In this document: positions 38,395 to 47,741 of the stretch, piece by piece
How the letters are laid out: the number at the start of each line of letters is the position of its first letter
Position numbering within the stretch: the first letter of the stretch is position 1
Assembly (NCBI GenBank): GCA_965215185.1
Contig: OZ244034.1
Span: forward strand, 992,001 to 1,056,000
Origin: Acidimicrobiia bacterium
GTDB taxonomy: Bacteria; Actinomycetota; Acidimicrobiia; Spongiisociales; ZC4RG35
DNA length: 64,000 nt
Reading direction: 5' to 3'
Made by a program: the position numbers and the translations under genes
Notes under the pieces: generated by a model
Told to the model about the DNA's origin: nothing
Databases searched by the model: none
The model's input: the letters and a program-made list of their open reading frames with translations, nothing else

Positions 38395-39612
38395 ATGATT
38401 GCCAAAGGAGGAAACCTGATGCGACGGATCACCGACCCTGCCTCCGAACGGATCCTGGTGGGAGTCATGTGCGGCACTTCCGGAGACGGAATCAGCGTTG
38501 GCATCGTCGGCACTAAGGGTGGCGGGCGGAACCGCCAGGTCAGGGTGCTTCGACATGAAGTCATTCCGTATCCGGCCAAGGCGCGGGAGCAACTCTTTCG
38601 ACTCTTTCCCCCGCAGCGATTCTCTGCCAGCGAACTAGCCGTAACGCACCGCCTCTTCGGTCAACTCATCGGCGATGCCGTTGTGGCCGTCACCTCCCGA
38701 GCCGGTTTTGAGTCCGGCGATATCACCGCGGTGGTCTCCCAGGCGCCAACCCTAATTCACACACCGCCCAAAGGGGGAGAGGACGGTATTCACATCGAGA
38801 TCGGGGAACCCGCGGTGATAGCCGAGATAGTTGGTGTCCCAGTGGTTGCCGACCTCCGCCCAAGCGACGTTGCCGCCGGGGGTCACGGCGCTCCGCTCAG
38901 CGCTTACGCCGACTGGGTATTGTTTGCCCACCCTGTCCGCAGCCGGGCCGTCCAGAACATCGGTGGGATCGCAAATGTCACCTTTCTTCCGCCCGATCCG
39001 GGGCTCGAAGACGTTGTGGCCTTCGACACCGGGCCGGGGAACATGGTGATTGATGCGGTAGTGCAGGCGCTCAGCGGGGGAAAGAAAGCATATGACGAAC
39101 GGGGCGCTTGGGCATCTCGAGGCGCAGTGCATCGGGGTTTGATCGAGTGGATGATGCGTCATCCCTATTTGGCCGGTCCTATCCCCAAGACCAGCGGCCG
39201 GGAGGACTTCGGGCAGCCGTTTGCCGACGAGACCTGTTCCGCCGCCGCCGCGATGGGTGTGAGCGACGACGATCTGGTTGCCACAGTTACGGCATTCACC
39301 GTGGAGTGCATCGCTTTGCACTATGCGCGAGATCTGGAGCCTCGGGGCGGTGTTGACGAGGTGGTGCTCTACGGTGGCGGCGTCCACAATGCAACCCTCG
39401 TCGACATGTTGCGCAGCCGGCTTCACCCAACACCGATCCGGTTCCACGACGAGTTCGGCATCTCCGGTGACGCTCGAGAAGCGGTCACCTGGGTGATCCT
39501 TGGCGATGAGACTCTCGCCGGCCGACCCGCCAACGTGCCCGCTGCAAGCGGGGCTCACCACCAGGTGGTACTAGGCAAGATTGTCCGCGCTAAACCCATG
39601 CAGGATCAATGA
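38395..39612 (+). CDS. anmK: Anhydro-N-acetylmuramic acid kinase family protein
   Basis: GVMCGTSGDG, VVADLRPSDVAAGGHGAPL, QNIGGIANVT, FDTGPGN, PKTSGREDFG, GGGVHN, REA. Confidence 0.88.
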   Translation: MIAKGGNLMRRITDPASERILVGVMCGTSGDGISVGIVGTKGGGRNRQVRVLRHEVIPYPAKAREQLFRLFPPQRFSASELAVTHRLFGQLIGDAVVAVTSRAGFESGDITAVVSQAPTLIHTPPKGGEDGIHIEIGEPAVIAEIVGVPVVADLRPSDVAAGGHGAPLSAYADWVLFAHPVRSRAVQNIGGIANVTFLPPDPGLEDVVAFDTGPGNMVIDAVVQALSGGKKAYDERGAWASRGAVHRGLIEWMMRHPYLAGPIPKTSGREDFGQPFADETCSAAAAMGVSDDDLVATVTAFTVECIALHYARDLEPRGGVDEVVLYGGGVHNATLVDMLRSRLHPTPIRFHDEFGISGDAREAVTWVILGDETLAGRPANVPAASGAHHQVVLGKIVRAKPMQDQ

Positions 39613-40298
39613 CGATCCTGATCGTGGGAGCCCATGCCATGGATGCCGAGATCATGTCCGGCGCGTTCGCTTTGAAGGCAGCTCGGGATGGTCATCGGGT
39701 GGTGCTGTTTCATCTCAGCAGGGGTGAACGCGGCCACCCCACCACCCCGCCCGCCCGGTTTGGTCGACAACTTGAGGTTGAGATGGCCGAGGCGGCTACC
39801 GCCCTGGGTGTCGAGCAACAGTGGAGCGGGCTGCGGGCACCCCTCCCGCACCCGGATGAGGTAGCTACTGTTGTCGCCGCAAAAGTCGACAGCCTCAGAC
39901 CCGCCCTAGTGGTCACCCACTGGAAAGGATCGTGGCATCCCAGCCATCGCCGCTCCCATGATGCGACCGTAGCGGCGCTGGAGCTAACCGGTGGCGGGAT
40001 TCCGCTGGTGTACGCCGAGAATTGTGAAGACCTCAACGGGTTCCGGGTCGACTTATTCGTGCCCATCGACGAAGAGTACGAATCCTGGCTGGCGGCCCTC
40101 CGGTGCTATGAGTTGTTCCGCCGATCGGAACCAAGATCGAAGGATCCCAGCGCCATTCCCTACTGGGCCTATTACACTGCGGCGGCTCGCGTGAGGGGCC
40201 TGCAAGCCAACCTCGACCTGGCGGCGGCTTTCATGCAAGGGTTCGGACCGGCGCCCCCCTCTGGGATGGGCTTTCAACAGTGCCCGCCGACGGGCTAG
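39609..40298 (+). CDS. PIG-L/LmbE family N-deacetylase
   Basis: VGAHAMDAEI, LSRGERG, VVTHWKGSWHPSH. Confidence 0.85.
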   Translation: MTILIVGAHAMDAEIMSGAFALKAARDGHRVVLFHLSRGERGHPTTPPARFGRQLEVEMAEAATALGVEQQWSGLRAPLPHPDEVATVVAAKVDSLRPALVVTHWKGSWHPSHRRSHDATVAALELTGGGIPLVYAENCEDLNGFRVDLFVPIDEEYESWLAALRCYELFRRSEPRSKDPSAIPYWAYYTAAARVRGLQANLDLAAAFMQGFGPAPPSGMGFQQCPPTG

Positions 40299-42355
40299 AA
40301 GCGCCGTAGGATCAGGCTACCTACCCGATCAGGCTCCGCGGCCCAACCCGGTGCGATGACAGTGGTCGAGTCCAACTGCTCCACTATTGCCGGGCCTGCA
40401 ATCCGGTCGCCGCGTCTCAGGTCATCTCGGTTGTACACCGGGGTCTGGACCCATCCTCCACTGTCTCCGAAGAACACCTCCCGGTTTGAATGTGGCGCAG
40501 CTTTTTCACCTGCGGGAAGTTCGGGGAGCTCCGGACGATCCAGTCGGCCGATGCCTGCCACCCGCAGGTTTACGATCTCGATTGGTTCCTCTATGTCGGG
40601 GGCATGCCCATACTCCGCTTGGTGCATTTCCCCGAACAGAAGAGGCACCTCCTCGTGCATGTCCTCTCCGTAGGGGCCCGGTAGCTGCACATTGAGTTCG
40701 TGAGTCTGTCCGACATACCTCAGGTCCATCCCGTATACAACCTTCACGCGCTGGGACTCCATCCCCTCGGCAGCCAGAAGGTTCCGGGCCCGCCCGGCCA
40801 GCACCTCGTATCCTGCGGCCACATCGTCGGGTGTGACCTCATTTCTTGCCCTGAGGAAGGTAGTCACGAAGTCATGTCGTATGTCGGTGAGCAGTAGACC
40901 CAGAGCGGAGGTCACCCCCGGGTTGGGTGGAATCAGCACGGTCGTGATGCCCATTTCGTCGGCGACTTCAGTGGCGTGTAGAGGCCCGGCGCCGCCGTAT
41001 CCGACCATGACGAACTCTCGCGGATCCCGTCCGCGCTCTACCGTTCTCTGCCGTATGGAAAACACAATGTTTGAGACGGCCAGACGCCGGATCCCGTCGG
41101 CCATCGCCACGACCTCAAGGCCCAACGGGTCGGCCACGGTTGCCACGGCGCGGTGAGCTGCATCCGCTGAGAGCGAAATAGCTCCCTGCAGCAGATAGCC
41201 GGGGTTGAGACGACGAAGAACAACGTTGGCGTCGGTCAGAGTTGGTTCGATGCCGCCGCGCTCAATGCATGCCGGTCCTGGATCGGCTCCGGCGCTTTGC
41301 GGACCCATATGGAGCATGCCACCGGAATCAAGCCATGCGATCGTGCCGCCGCCTGCCCCGATGGAATCGATCTCGATCACCGGGTACGACACGGGAGTTC
41401 CGAATTCCAATTCGAAGTCGCTACGGAGATAAGGGTTACCGTTGTGCACCAGGGAAATGTCGGTGCTTGTCCCGCCGATGTCCATTCCGATGATGTTGGT
41501 CATTGACGCCTTCGAGCCGCCGGTGATGGGCGCTGGTTCGGCGTCGGACGCCAAGCCCAGCGCCAACTGCGCCAACACTCCGGCGGCCGGACCGGACCCG
41601 ATGGTGTAGGCCGGGCGTTGGAGGGCGGCGGCAGCAGTCGCCAGACCCCCGTTTGAGAGCATCAACAGCAGGTCGTAGCTGTAACCCTGAGCTCCAAGCG
41701 CCGACTCCAGGCGTTCGAGGTACTTGCTGAGGACCGGTCCGATATACCCGCTGACCACAGTGGTGGACGTGCGCTCGAATTCACGCCACTCCGGCAGAAT
41801 GTCGGAGGACAAGTAAATCGGCAAGCCTGGAAGAGCCTTGGTAATCGCAGACCGTACCGCACGTTCGTTCTCGCCGTTGAGATATGAGTTGATGAAGCAT
41901 ATTGCCAGCGAGCTAACACCTTCCTCGACGAGAGCCCGCGCCTCTGCTACTGCTGTTTCCAGGTCAGGGGTGCGGGTCACCTCTCCGAAGGCGTTGGTTC
42001 GTTCCGGAACCTCCCGGCGCCAACGGCGTAGCACCAGTTCTGGTGGCGGATCCCATTGAAAGTCATAGAGGGCGCCCCTGGTTGTGCGGCGTATCTGGAG
42101 CACATCCCGAAATCCCTGGGTAGTCAACAGACCAGTCGGCGCGCCACCCCGCATGATGACAGCATTGGTGGTAACGGTGGTCCCATGGGCGAATTGCCGG
42201 ACATCATCCATCGATACGCCTGTTTCCGCTACGGCTGCCAGCACAGCTCGCGAGGAATCGGAGGGCGTGGAAAGAACCTTGTGAACGGTCAGCTCTCCAT
42301 TGGACAGCAGTACGAGGTCAGTGAAGGTACCACCGACATCGACGCCGATTCTCAT
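40295..42355 (-). CDS. ATP-dependent hydantoinase/5-oxoprolinase, subunit A (HyuA-like)
   Basis: IGVDVGGTFTD, HGTTVTTN, EFERTST, SGPAAG, DIGGTSTD, GAGGG, SAGADPGP, YGGAGPLH. Confidence 0.93.
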   Translation of the reverse strand: MRIGVDVGGTFTDLVLLSNGELTVHKVLSTPSDSSRAVLAAVAETGVSMDDVRQFAHGTTVTTNAVIMRGGAPTGLLTTQGFRDVLQIRRTTRGALYDFQWDPPPELVLRRWRREVPERTNAFGEVTRTPDLETAVAEARALVEEGVSSLAICFINSYLNGENERAVRSAITKALPGLPIYLSSDILPEWREFERTSTTVVSGYIGPVLSKYLERLESALGAQGYSYDLLLMLSNGGLATAAAALQRPAYTIGSGPAAGVLAQLALGLASDAEPAPITGGSKASMTNIIGMDIGGTSTDISLVHNGNPYLRSDFELEFGTPVSYPVIEIDSIGAGGGTIAWLDSGGMLHMGPQSAGADPGPACIERGGIEPTLTDANVVLRRLNPGYLLQGAISLSADAAHRAVATVADPLGLEVVAMADGIRRLAVSNIVFSIRQRTVERGRDPREFVMVGYGGAGPLHATEVADEMGITTVLIPPNPGVTSALGLLLTDIRHDFVTTFLRARNEVTPDDVAAGYEVLAGRARNLLAAEGMESQRVKVVYGMDLRYVGQTHELNVQLPGPYGEDMHEEVPLLFGEMHQAEYGHAPDIEEPIEIVNLRVAGIGRLDRPELPELPAGEKAAPHSNREVFFGDSGGWVQTPVYNRDDLRRGDRIAGPAIVEQLDSTTVIAPGWAAEPDRVGSLILRRF

Positions 42356-44082
42356 TTGGTCTCTTTATTCTTCATTGATGTTCTGAGATGTTCGGTCAGC
42401 TGGATGGCTACGTCGCCCGTCTCGCTGACTACAACCCCGTATTCCCGGGCGGCGTGCTCGACAGTGACATACCCGTGCCTGACGTCATTGGCCACCAGGG
42501 CCGGATCCCGATTCAGCGGGTCGCCGTACCCGCCTCCTCCGCCGGCGAGAATGGTAACCGTGTCTCCCGCCTGGAGCGGGAACCCAACCGCCTTCAGGGT
42601 GAGGTTTTCTTCTTCGGGTGTGGCGATGTTGCGGATCAATCCATGCTTTGCCCCCGCGCTGCCGCCCAGGACGCCGGGTGGCGGATAGTGCTCTCGGTCG
42701 CCGAGACACGAGAGCCGAACATTGGCATCGACAATGCGGAAGGTTTTACGAGATCCCACCCCTCCCCGATAGCGGCCTGGGCCGCCTGAATCGGGCCAAA
42801 GCGCCCACTCCTCGAAGACAATCGGATAGCGGCGCTCGAACACCTCAACAGGAGTGATTTTTGCGCCGCCTCCATACAACGAGACCAGGCCGGGAGGTCC
42901 ATCCTTGGTGGCCCTCGCTCCGAAGCCGCCCTCGGAATACAGGTAAGCAACGAAGTCGGAATCCTGGTGCTGGCCCCCGATGGTCAGATTGATGAGGTTG
43001 TAGGGGATCCCCACCGCTTGCTCCGGCACAGCTGCGGAGAGGGCTATTAATGCGGCCCCGATCACCTTCTCATACACAGTCGCAGCCATGCTGCTGATCG
43101 CTCTTGGGGGGCGGGCGTTAACTATGGTGCCCTCCGGGGCGGTGATCTGGATTGGCTTGAACACCCCATGGTTCATCGCGATCTCCGGGAAAAGCGACTT
43201 GACGGTCACGTAGACCGCCGACGCGGTGGAGGAGAAGGTGGAGTTTGATGCCGAAAGTGATTCCGGGTCCGATTCTGTGAAGTCGAAGTGCATCGAATCT
43301 CCATCAACTGTTAGCTCTAAGGCAATCTTCTTTGGGAAAGGTCGGTCGAGTGACTCCATGTCAACGAAGTCCTCTCCTTGGTACCGGCCATCGGGAATCC
43401 GGGATATTGCGCTGCGCAGCATCCGCTCTGAATGGGCAATGGCCTCGTCCATCGCCCCGGTAACCTGCTCCCATCCGTATTTGCCTGCGATTTCCTGTAG
43501 TCTCTGCTCCCCGATCCGAGTGGATCCCACCTGAGCCCGCACGTCGCCCAGACGCTCTGACGCGATGCGCATATTGGCTTCGATCACATCAAATACTGCC
43601 AGATTCGGTTCGCCCGCTATATACAACTTCATCGGCGGGAGGCGGAGGCCCTCCTGAAAGTGTTCCCGGGCGTTGGCAACGAAGCTGCCCGGTTCTTGGC
43701 CTCCCACGTCGGCCCAGTGCCCACATACCGCTACGAAAGCCATTAGTTCGCCGCCGCTGAAGACCGGCCGCACCACGCCCACGTCGTTGAAGTGGGTGCC
43801 GCCCACGAATGGGTCGTTCATTATGAACACATCACCGGGGTTGATATTTTCACTGAACCGCTTGAGAATTCCTTGAAGAGAGAACTCAAGCAACGCTACG
43901 AATACCGCCAGGTCCCAGTCACCCTGGGCCACAAGCCGTCCGTGCCGGTCGATGACTGCTCCCCCTATATCGCGTCCCTCGGTGATGACCGGAGAGTAGG
44001 CAGAACGGAAGAGGGCAAGATTCATCTCGTTTACGATGCTCTTGAAGCCGTTGGTGATCACGGGAAGAGTTATTGGATCCAC
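42352..44082 (-). CDS. Hydantoinase B / oxoprolinase subunit B (HyuB-like)
   Basis: GTG start after AAGGAG (VDPITL); SAYSPVI, NDPFVGGTHFND, GHWADVGG, EGLRLPP, DSGGPGRYRGG, GGGGGYGDP. Confidence 0.93.
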   Translation of the reverse strand: MDPITLPVITNGFKSIVNEMNLALFRSAYSPVITEGRDIGGAVIDRHGRLVAQGDWDLAVFVALLEFSLQGILKRFSENINPGDVFIMNDPFVGGTHFNDVGVVRPVFSGGELMAFVAVCGHWADVGGQEPGSFVANAREHFQEGLRLPPMKLYIAGEPNLAVFDVIEANMRIASERLGDVRAQVGSTRIGEQRLQEIAGKYGWEQVTGAMDEAIAHSERMLRSAISRIPDGRYQGEDFVDMESLDRPFPKKIALELTVDGDSMHFDFTESDPESLSASNSTFSSTASAVYVTVKSLFPEIAMNHGVFKPIQITAPEGTIVNARPPRAISSMAATVYEKVIGAALIALSAAVPEQAVGIPYNLINLTIGGQHQDSDFVAYLYSEGGFGARATKDGPPGLVSLYGGGAKITPVEVFERRYPIVFEEWALWPDSGGPGRYRGGVGSRKTFRIVDANVRLSCLGDREHYPPPGVLGGSAGAKHGLIRNIATPEEENLTLKAVGFPLQAGDTVTILAGGGGGYGDPLNRDPALVANDVRHGYVTVEHAAREYGVVVSETGDVAIQLTEHLRTSMKNKETK

Positions 44083-44119
44083 TGGAAGTCTCCTTCCCAC
44101 CTATTGAAAACCCGGAGAA

Positions 44120-44142
44120 TAATGGGGTATAATAGTATATTG
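44120..44142. promoter_or_regulatory. Candidate GntR/HutC-type operator and -10 element in the divergent hyuB/gntR spacer
   Basis: AT-rich gtataatagtatat containing TATAAT; a similar motif (cataatgttatac) lies near 34343 upstream of the sugar-binding protein gene. Confidence 0.35.
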
Positions 44143-44162
44143 TTTCTCTCTCATGGGTTCGA

Positions 44163-44927
44163 ATGGCACGAAATGACAATCTTAAGCTCGGGCCGAAGCG
44201 AGCCAACCGTAGCAAGCCGATCCCACTTTTTCTGCAGGTTGAGCAGAATATGTGTCTGCTTATCGAAACCGGCGAGTGGAGTCCTGGATATCGTCTTCCC
44301 AGTGAGAAGGACCTCGAAGACCTCTACGGGGCCAGCCGAATAACGATTCGGCGAGCACTTAACGACTTAGCCGCCCAAGGCAAGCTCATCCGAGAGCCGG
44401 GTCGGGGAACCTTCGTCCGTGAACCTACCTTGATCGCTGAACCACGTGGGGTTACTTCCTTCACCGAGGAGATGGTCCATCTCGGACTTCGAGCCGGCGC
44501 TCGGGTTCTCTATAGCGGTCTCGAGTCTGCTGATTCGATAACCGCCAGTCGGCTGCGCCTGGAGGAAGACGAACCTGTTGTCGTTATCCACCGGCTCAGA
44601 GTTGCCGATGACAAGCCTTTGGGGATTCAGCGGACTCGGTTACCCGCACAGAGATTTCCCGGACTCCAGGATGCCGATCTGACTGACAGGTCGCTTTATG
44701 AGCATCTTGATGGTGCCTTTGGAGTGACCCCCAGCGAAGCCGACGAGACGTTCCGAGTAGGCAGAGTTGCGGGGGAAGAGGCAAGTTTGTTGGAAGTTGA
44801 GCCAGGAACGTGCGCTTTCTTGGTAGACCGACTCACATTCGACAAAGAGGGTCCATTTGAATTCGTGGAGTCTGTCATGCGTGGCGACCGTTACCGAGTC
44901 CGCCTGGGATTGCGCAGTATCAGCTAA
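44163..44927 (+). CDS. GntR family regulator, HutC/UTRA type (NagR/DasR-like)
   Basis: LPSEKDL, SRITIRRAL, GRGTFV, TSFTEEM, SLYEHL, RGDRY. Confidence 0.93.
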   Translation: MARNDNLKLGPKRANRSKPIPLFLQVEQNMCLLIETGEWSPGYRLPSEKDLEDLYGASRITIRRALNDLAAQGKLIREPGRGTFVREPTLIAEPRGVTSFTEEMVHLGLRAGARVLYSGLESADSITASRLRLEEDEPVVVIHRLRVADDKPLGIQRTRLPAQRFPGLQDADLTDRSLYEHLDGAFGVTPSEADETFRVGRVAGEEASLLEVEPGTCAFLVDRLTFDKEGPFEFVESVMRGDRYRVRLGLRSIS

Positions 44928-44944
44928 ACAAGGAGAAAAAGACA

Positions 44945-45706
44945 GTGAACTCGTTCTTGGAAGCCCTCGGAGGCCTGATCACCAAACTCAAAGACACCCA
45001 GGATGGCCCCATCGACGAAGCCGCTGCCCTGGGGGCCGACGCCATAGCCGGTGAGGGGTGGGTGCATTTTTTCGGAAGTGGCCACTCTGTTATTCCAGTC
45101 CATGAGGCTTTCCCGCGCTATGGCAGCTTTGTGGGGCTGTACCCACTCACGGATCCTCGACTCATGTGGTTCAACGTGCTCGGCCCGGGTGGCGTGCGCG
45201 AACTGCTATGGATGGAACGTGCCGAAGGCTATATCGACAAATACCTCAGCCACCAGCCCCTCGCTCCTGGGGATGTCCTGGTTGTGTTTTCGCACAGCGG
45301 TCGTAACAGCGCACCTGTCGAGGCCGCCATGTATGCCAGGGATCGTGGCCTGTCGGTCGTAGCTGTTACCGCGACCGCCAACCTGGCCCGACCCGCCGGA
45401 CACTCCTCCGGTAAATTCACCGCCGATTTGGCGGATGTGGTCATCGATACAGGCGCCCCGGTCGAGGACGCAGTCGTCACCCTAGCGGGCTGGGGAGTGC
45501 CGTTGGGGGGTGTGTCAACCATCCTGGCCTGCGCAGTAACTGTAGAACTGCTCACACGCATCGCGGCCAAGTTGCTGGATCGAGGGATCACTATGCCTAC
45601 CTTCGTGTCACCGACCGTCCCAGGGGGATCGGTCAAGGGCAACGATGCGGTCTTTGACGCTTTCCGAGAGCGGCTGGACCAAGCCGGTCTTCGGCCTCAG
45701 CGTTGA
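44945..45706 (+). CDS. SIS-domain sugar-phosphate isomerase-like protein
   Basis: FGSGHS, FPRYG, FSHSGRN, HSSGK, DVVIDT. Confidence 0.87.
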   Translation: MNSFLEALGGLITKLKDTQDGPIDEAAALGADAIAGEGWVHFFGSGHSVIPVHEAFPRYGSFVGLYPLTDPRLMWFNVLGPGGVRELLWMERAEGYIDKYLSHQPLAPGDVLVVFSHSGRNSAPVEAAMYARDRGLSVVAVTATANLARPAGHSSGKFTADLADVVIDTGAPVEDAVVTLAGWGVPLGGVSTILACAVTVELLTRIAAKLLDRGITMPTFVSPTVPGGSVKGNDAVFDAFRERLDQAGLRPQR

Positions 45707-45846
45707 TTGGGGGACGGAGTCGGCCAAGGTTGAAGGTGCTGGGTGGGAATCACCAATGAAACCAACTCCCACCAGGATCCCGACATGACTTTTATGTCCC
45801 GTCCCATCCGGCGCTGGACATTTGGGTGGTGTTGTCTTACTTTGCG

Positions 45847-46968
45847 TCAGCGATGGTGGATTTCTTGACCGTCCCGCAGGGTTCGTACCGTGCGAAAGTC
45901 GGCGTCGAGCACCACGACATCGGCGATGCTGAGCGGCACCAAGTCACCGATACCAGGGCGGCCTAGCAGGCGGGCAGGTGTTTCCGTGGCGGCCCGGAGC
46001 GCGGAGACAAACGGTATTCCCAAGTCGATGGTATTGCGTACCGCTTTGTCCATGGTCAATAGGCTGCCTGCCAACGTGCCGTCAGCAAGCTGGGCGCGGG
46101 TGCCGGTGAGGTTTATCCAACGGTCGCCCAACCTGATCCGGCCCCTGCTAGGTCCCCCCGCGGCGCAGATGGCGTCGCTGATCAACGCAATTCGGTGGGG
46201 GGCGACTCGGAAGATCAGTCTCACAATCTCTGGCGCAAGGTGATGGTTGTCCACGATGACAGTCACCGCCGCCCGGTCATCCGTCAAGGCGGCTCCCGGG
46301 ATGCCCGGCGAACGGTGATGAAGGGCGCTCTGGGCGTTGAACAGGTGGGTCACCGCGGTGGCGCCAGCCGCGAAGGCTGCGTGGGCAATATCCGCCGTGG
46401 CGTTGGAATGTCCAATGGCGACCAGTTTTCCGGCTTGGCTGAATACTTTGATTGCCTCCAAGCCGCCAGGAGCCTCCGGCGCTAGGGTTACCCAGCTAAC
46501 CGTTGGATGGGCAGCTAGGGCCGCCACGCGGTCGGGGTCGGGCGCCACTATGTTGGCCGGGTCATGGGCGCCGTGCTTGTCAGGGGAGAGGAAGGGACCT
46601 TCCAGATGGACGCCCACCATCCCGGGGGTGACCTTCAACGCTTCCGTAGCTTTGGCTAGAGCGAGGGAATAGCTGTCCCACGGGAGAGTAATGAAGGTGG
46701 GTTGGAAGGTGGTTACCCCCGTGGCAGCCATTGCTGATCCCGCCTGTTGGTATCCCACCGCATCGGCCTGGGAGAAGTCCACCCCCGCAAAGCCATTTAC
46801 CTGCAGATCGATATACCCTGCCACTGCCAGGTGTCTGCTTCCGTCTGGCGGTAGTCTGACCTCGGTGATCTGCCCATCGGCGATGCTTATGTCACCGCTG
46901 ATTATTTCACCGCCGACCAGCGCCGAATCCACTCCTAGTCGCTGTTTGCTCGCAAGGGGGGTTTGCAT
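45847..46968 (-). CDS. nagA: N-acetylglucosamine-6-phosphate deacetylase
   Basis: GYIDLQVNGFAG, HLEGPFL, GAH, TLAPE, GHS, THLFNAQ, DNHH, ISDA, LAGS. Confidence 0.93.
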   Translation of the reverse strand: MQTPLASKQRLGVDSALVGGEIISGDISIADGQITEVRLPPDGSRHLAVAGYIDLQVNGFAGVDFSQADAVGYQQAGSAMAATGVTTFQPTFITLPWDSYSLALAKATEALKVTPGMVGVHLEGPFLSPDKHGAHDPANIVAPDPDRVAALAAHPTVSWVTLAPEAPGGLEAIKVFSQAGKLVAIGHSNATADIAHAAFAAGATAVTHLFNAQSALHHRSPGIPGAALTDDRAAVTVIVDNHHLAPEIVRLIFRVAPHRIALISDAICAAGGPSRGRIRLGDRWINLTGTRAQLADGTLAGSLLTMDKAVRNTIDLGIPFVSALRAATETPARLLGRPGIGDLVPLSIADVVVLDADFRTVRTLRDGQEIHHR

Positions 46969-46990
46969 GTTTTGAAACCTTACCCTTTCT

Positions 46991-47015
46991 TAGGTGTCCT
47001 TCCCACAGAGGTGGG
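46991..47015. mobile_element. Solo IS481-like terminal sequence
   Basis: ggtgtccttcccacagaggtggg is identical over 23 bp to 33960-33982. Confidence 0.6.
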
Positions 47016-47201
47016 CATCGTTGAGCCCCATTCTGCCCCCAGTCATCAACTCACCAATCAAACCTGTAGAGCTCCCCATTCGGAATGCTTCGAAGTTGGA
47101 AACCTGAGAGGTAGGTCAGAGATTTCTTACACGGCATACAGAGTCGGCTTTTCGGATAGCGGACAGGAGGCAGAGAACCGGCTGCGTTAGAATCGCTCGG
47201 C

Positions 47202-47714
47202 GTGGACCTGCGAAGATACATCCGTGACGTTCCCGATTTCCCGAAAGAGGGCATCCTGTTTCGGGATGTAACGCCACTGCTGGGGGATCCGCCAGCGTTT
47301 CGCTACAGCATTGACCAATTGTGCGTGCACGCGGCTCGACGGGACGCTTCCGTGATCGTGGGCATCGAGGCGCGGGGGTTCCTGTTCGGGGCGGCGATGG
47401 CAGCCCGCATGGAACTGCCGTTCGTGCCGCTGCGAAAACCCGGGAAGCTGCCGGCGGCCCGCTTGTCGGTCGAGTATGCGCTGGAGTATGGCAACAGCCA
47501 ACTCGACATCCACGAGGACGCGCTGTCGGTGGGGAAGCGGACGTATATCGTCGATGATCTGATGGCGACGGGGGGAACGGCGGCCGCGGCCGCGAAGCTG
47601 GTGGAGTTGGCGGGGGGAGAGGTCGTGGGGCTGGGGTTTGTGATCGAGTTGGAGGAGTTGGGTGGGCGGGCGAAGCTTGAAGGCTACGACACTATGAGCA
47701 TTATCCGCTACTAG
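47202..47714 (+). CDS. apt: Adenine phosphoribosyltransferase
   Basis: IRDVPDFPKEGILFRD, GIEARGF, RKPGKLP, YALEYG, IVDDLMATGGT. Confidence 0.96.
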   Translation: MDLRRYIRDVPDFPKEGILFRDVTPLLGDPPAFRYSIDQLCVHAARRDASVIVGIEARGFLFGAAMAARMELPFVPLRKPGKLPAARLSVEYALEYGNSQLDIHEDALSVGKRTYIVDDLMATGGTAAAAAKLVELAGGEVVGLGFVIELEELGGRAKLEGYDTMSIIRY

Positions 47715-47741
47715 GGGCGGCGGTATTTCTTTCCTGTCGGG

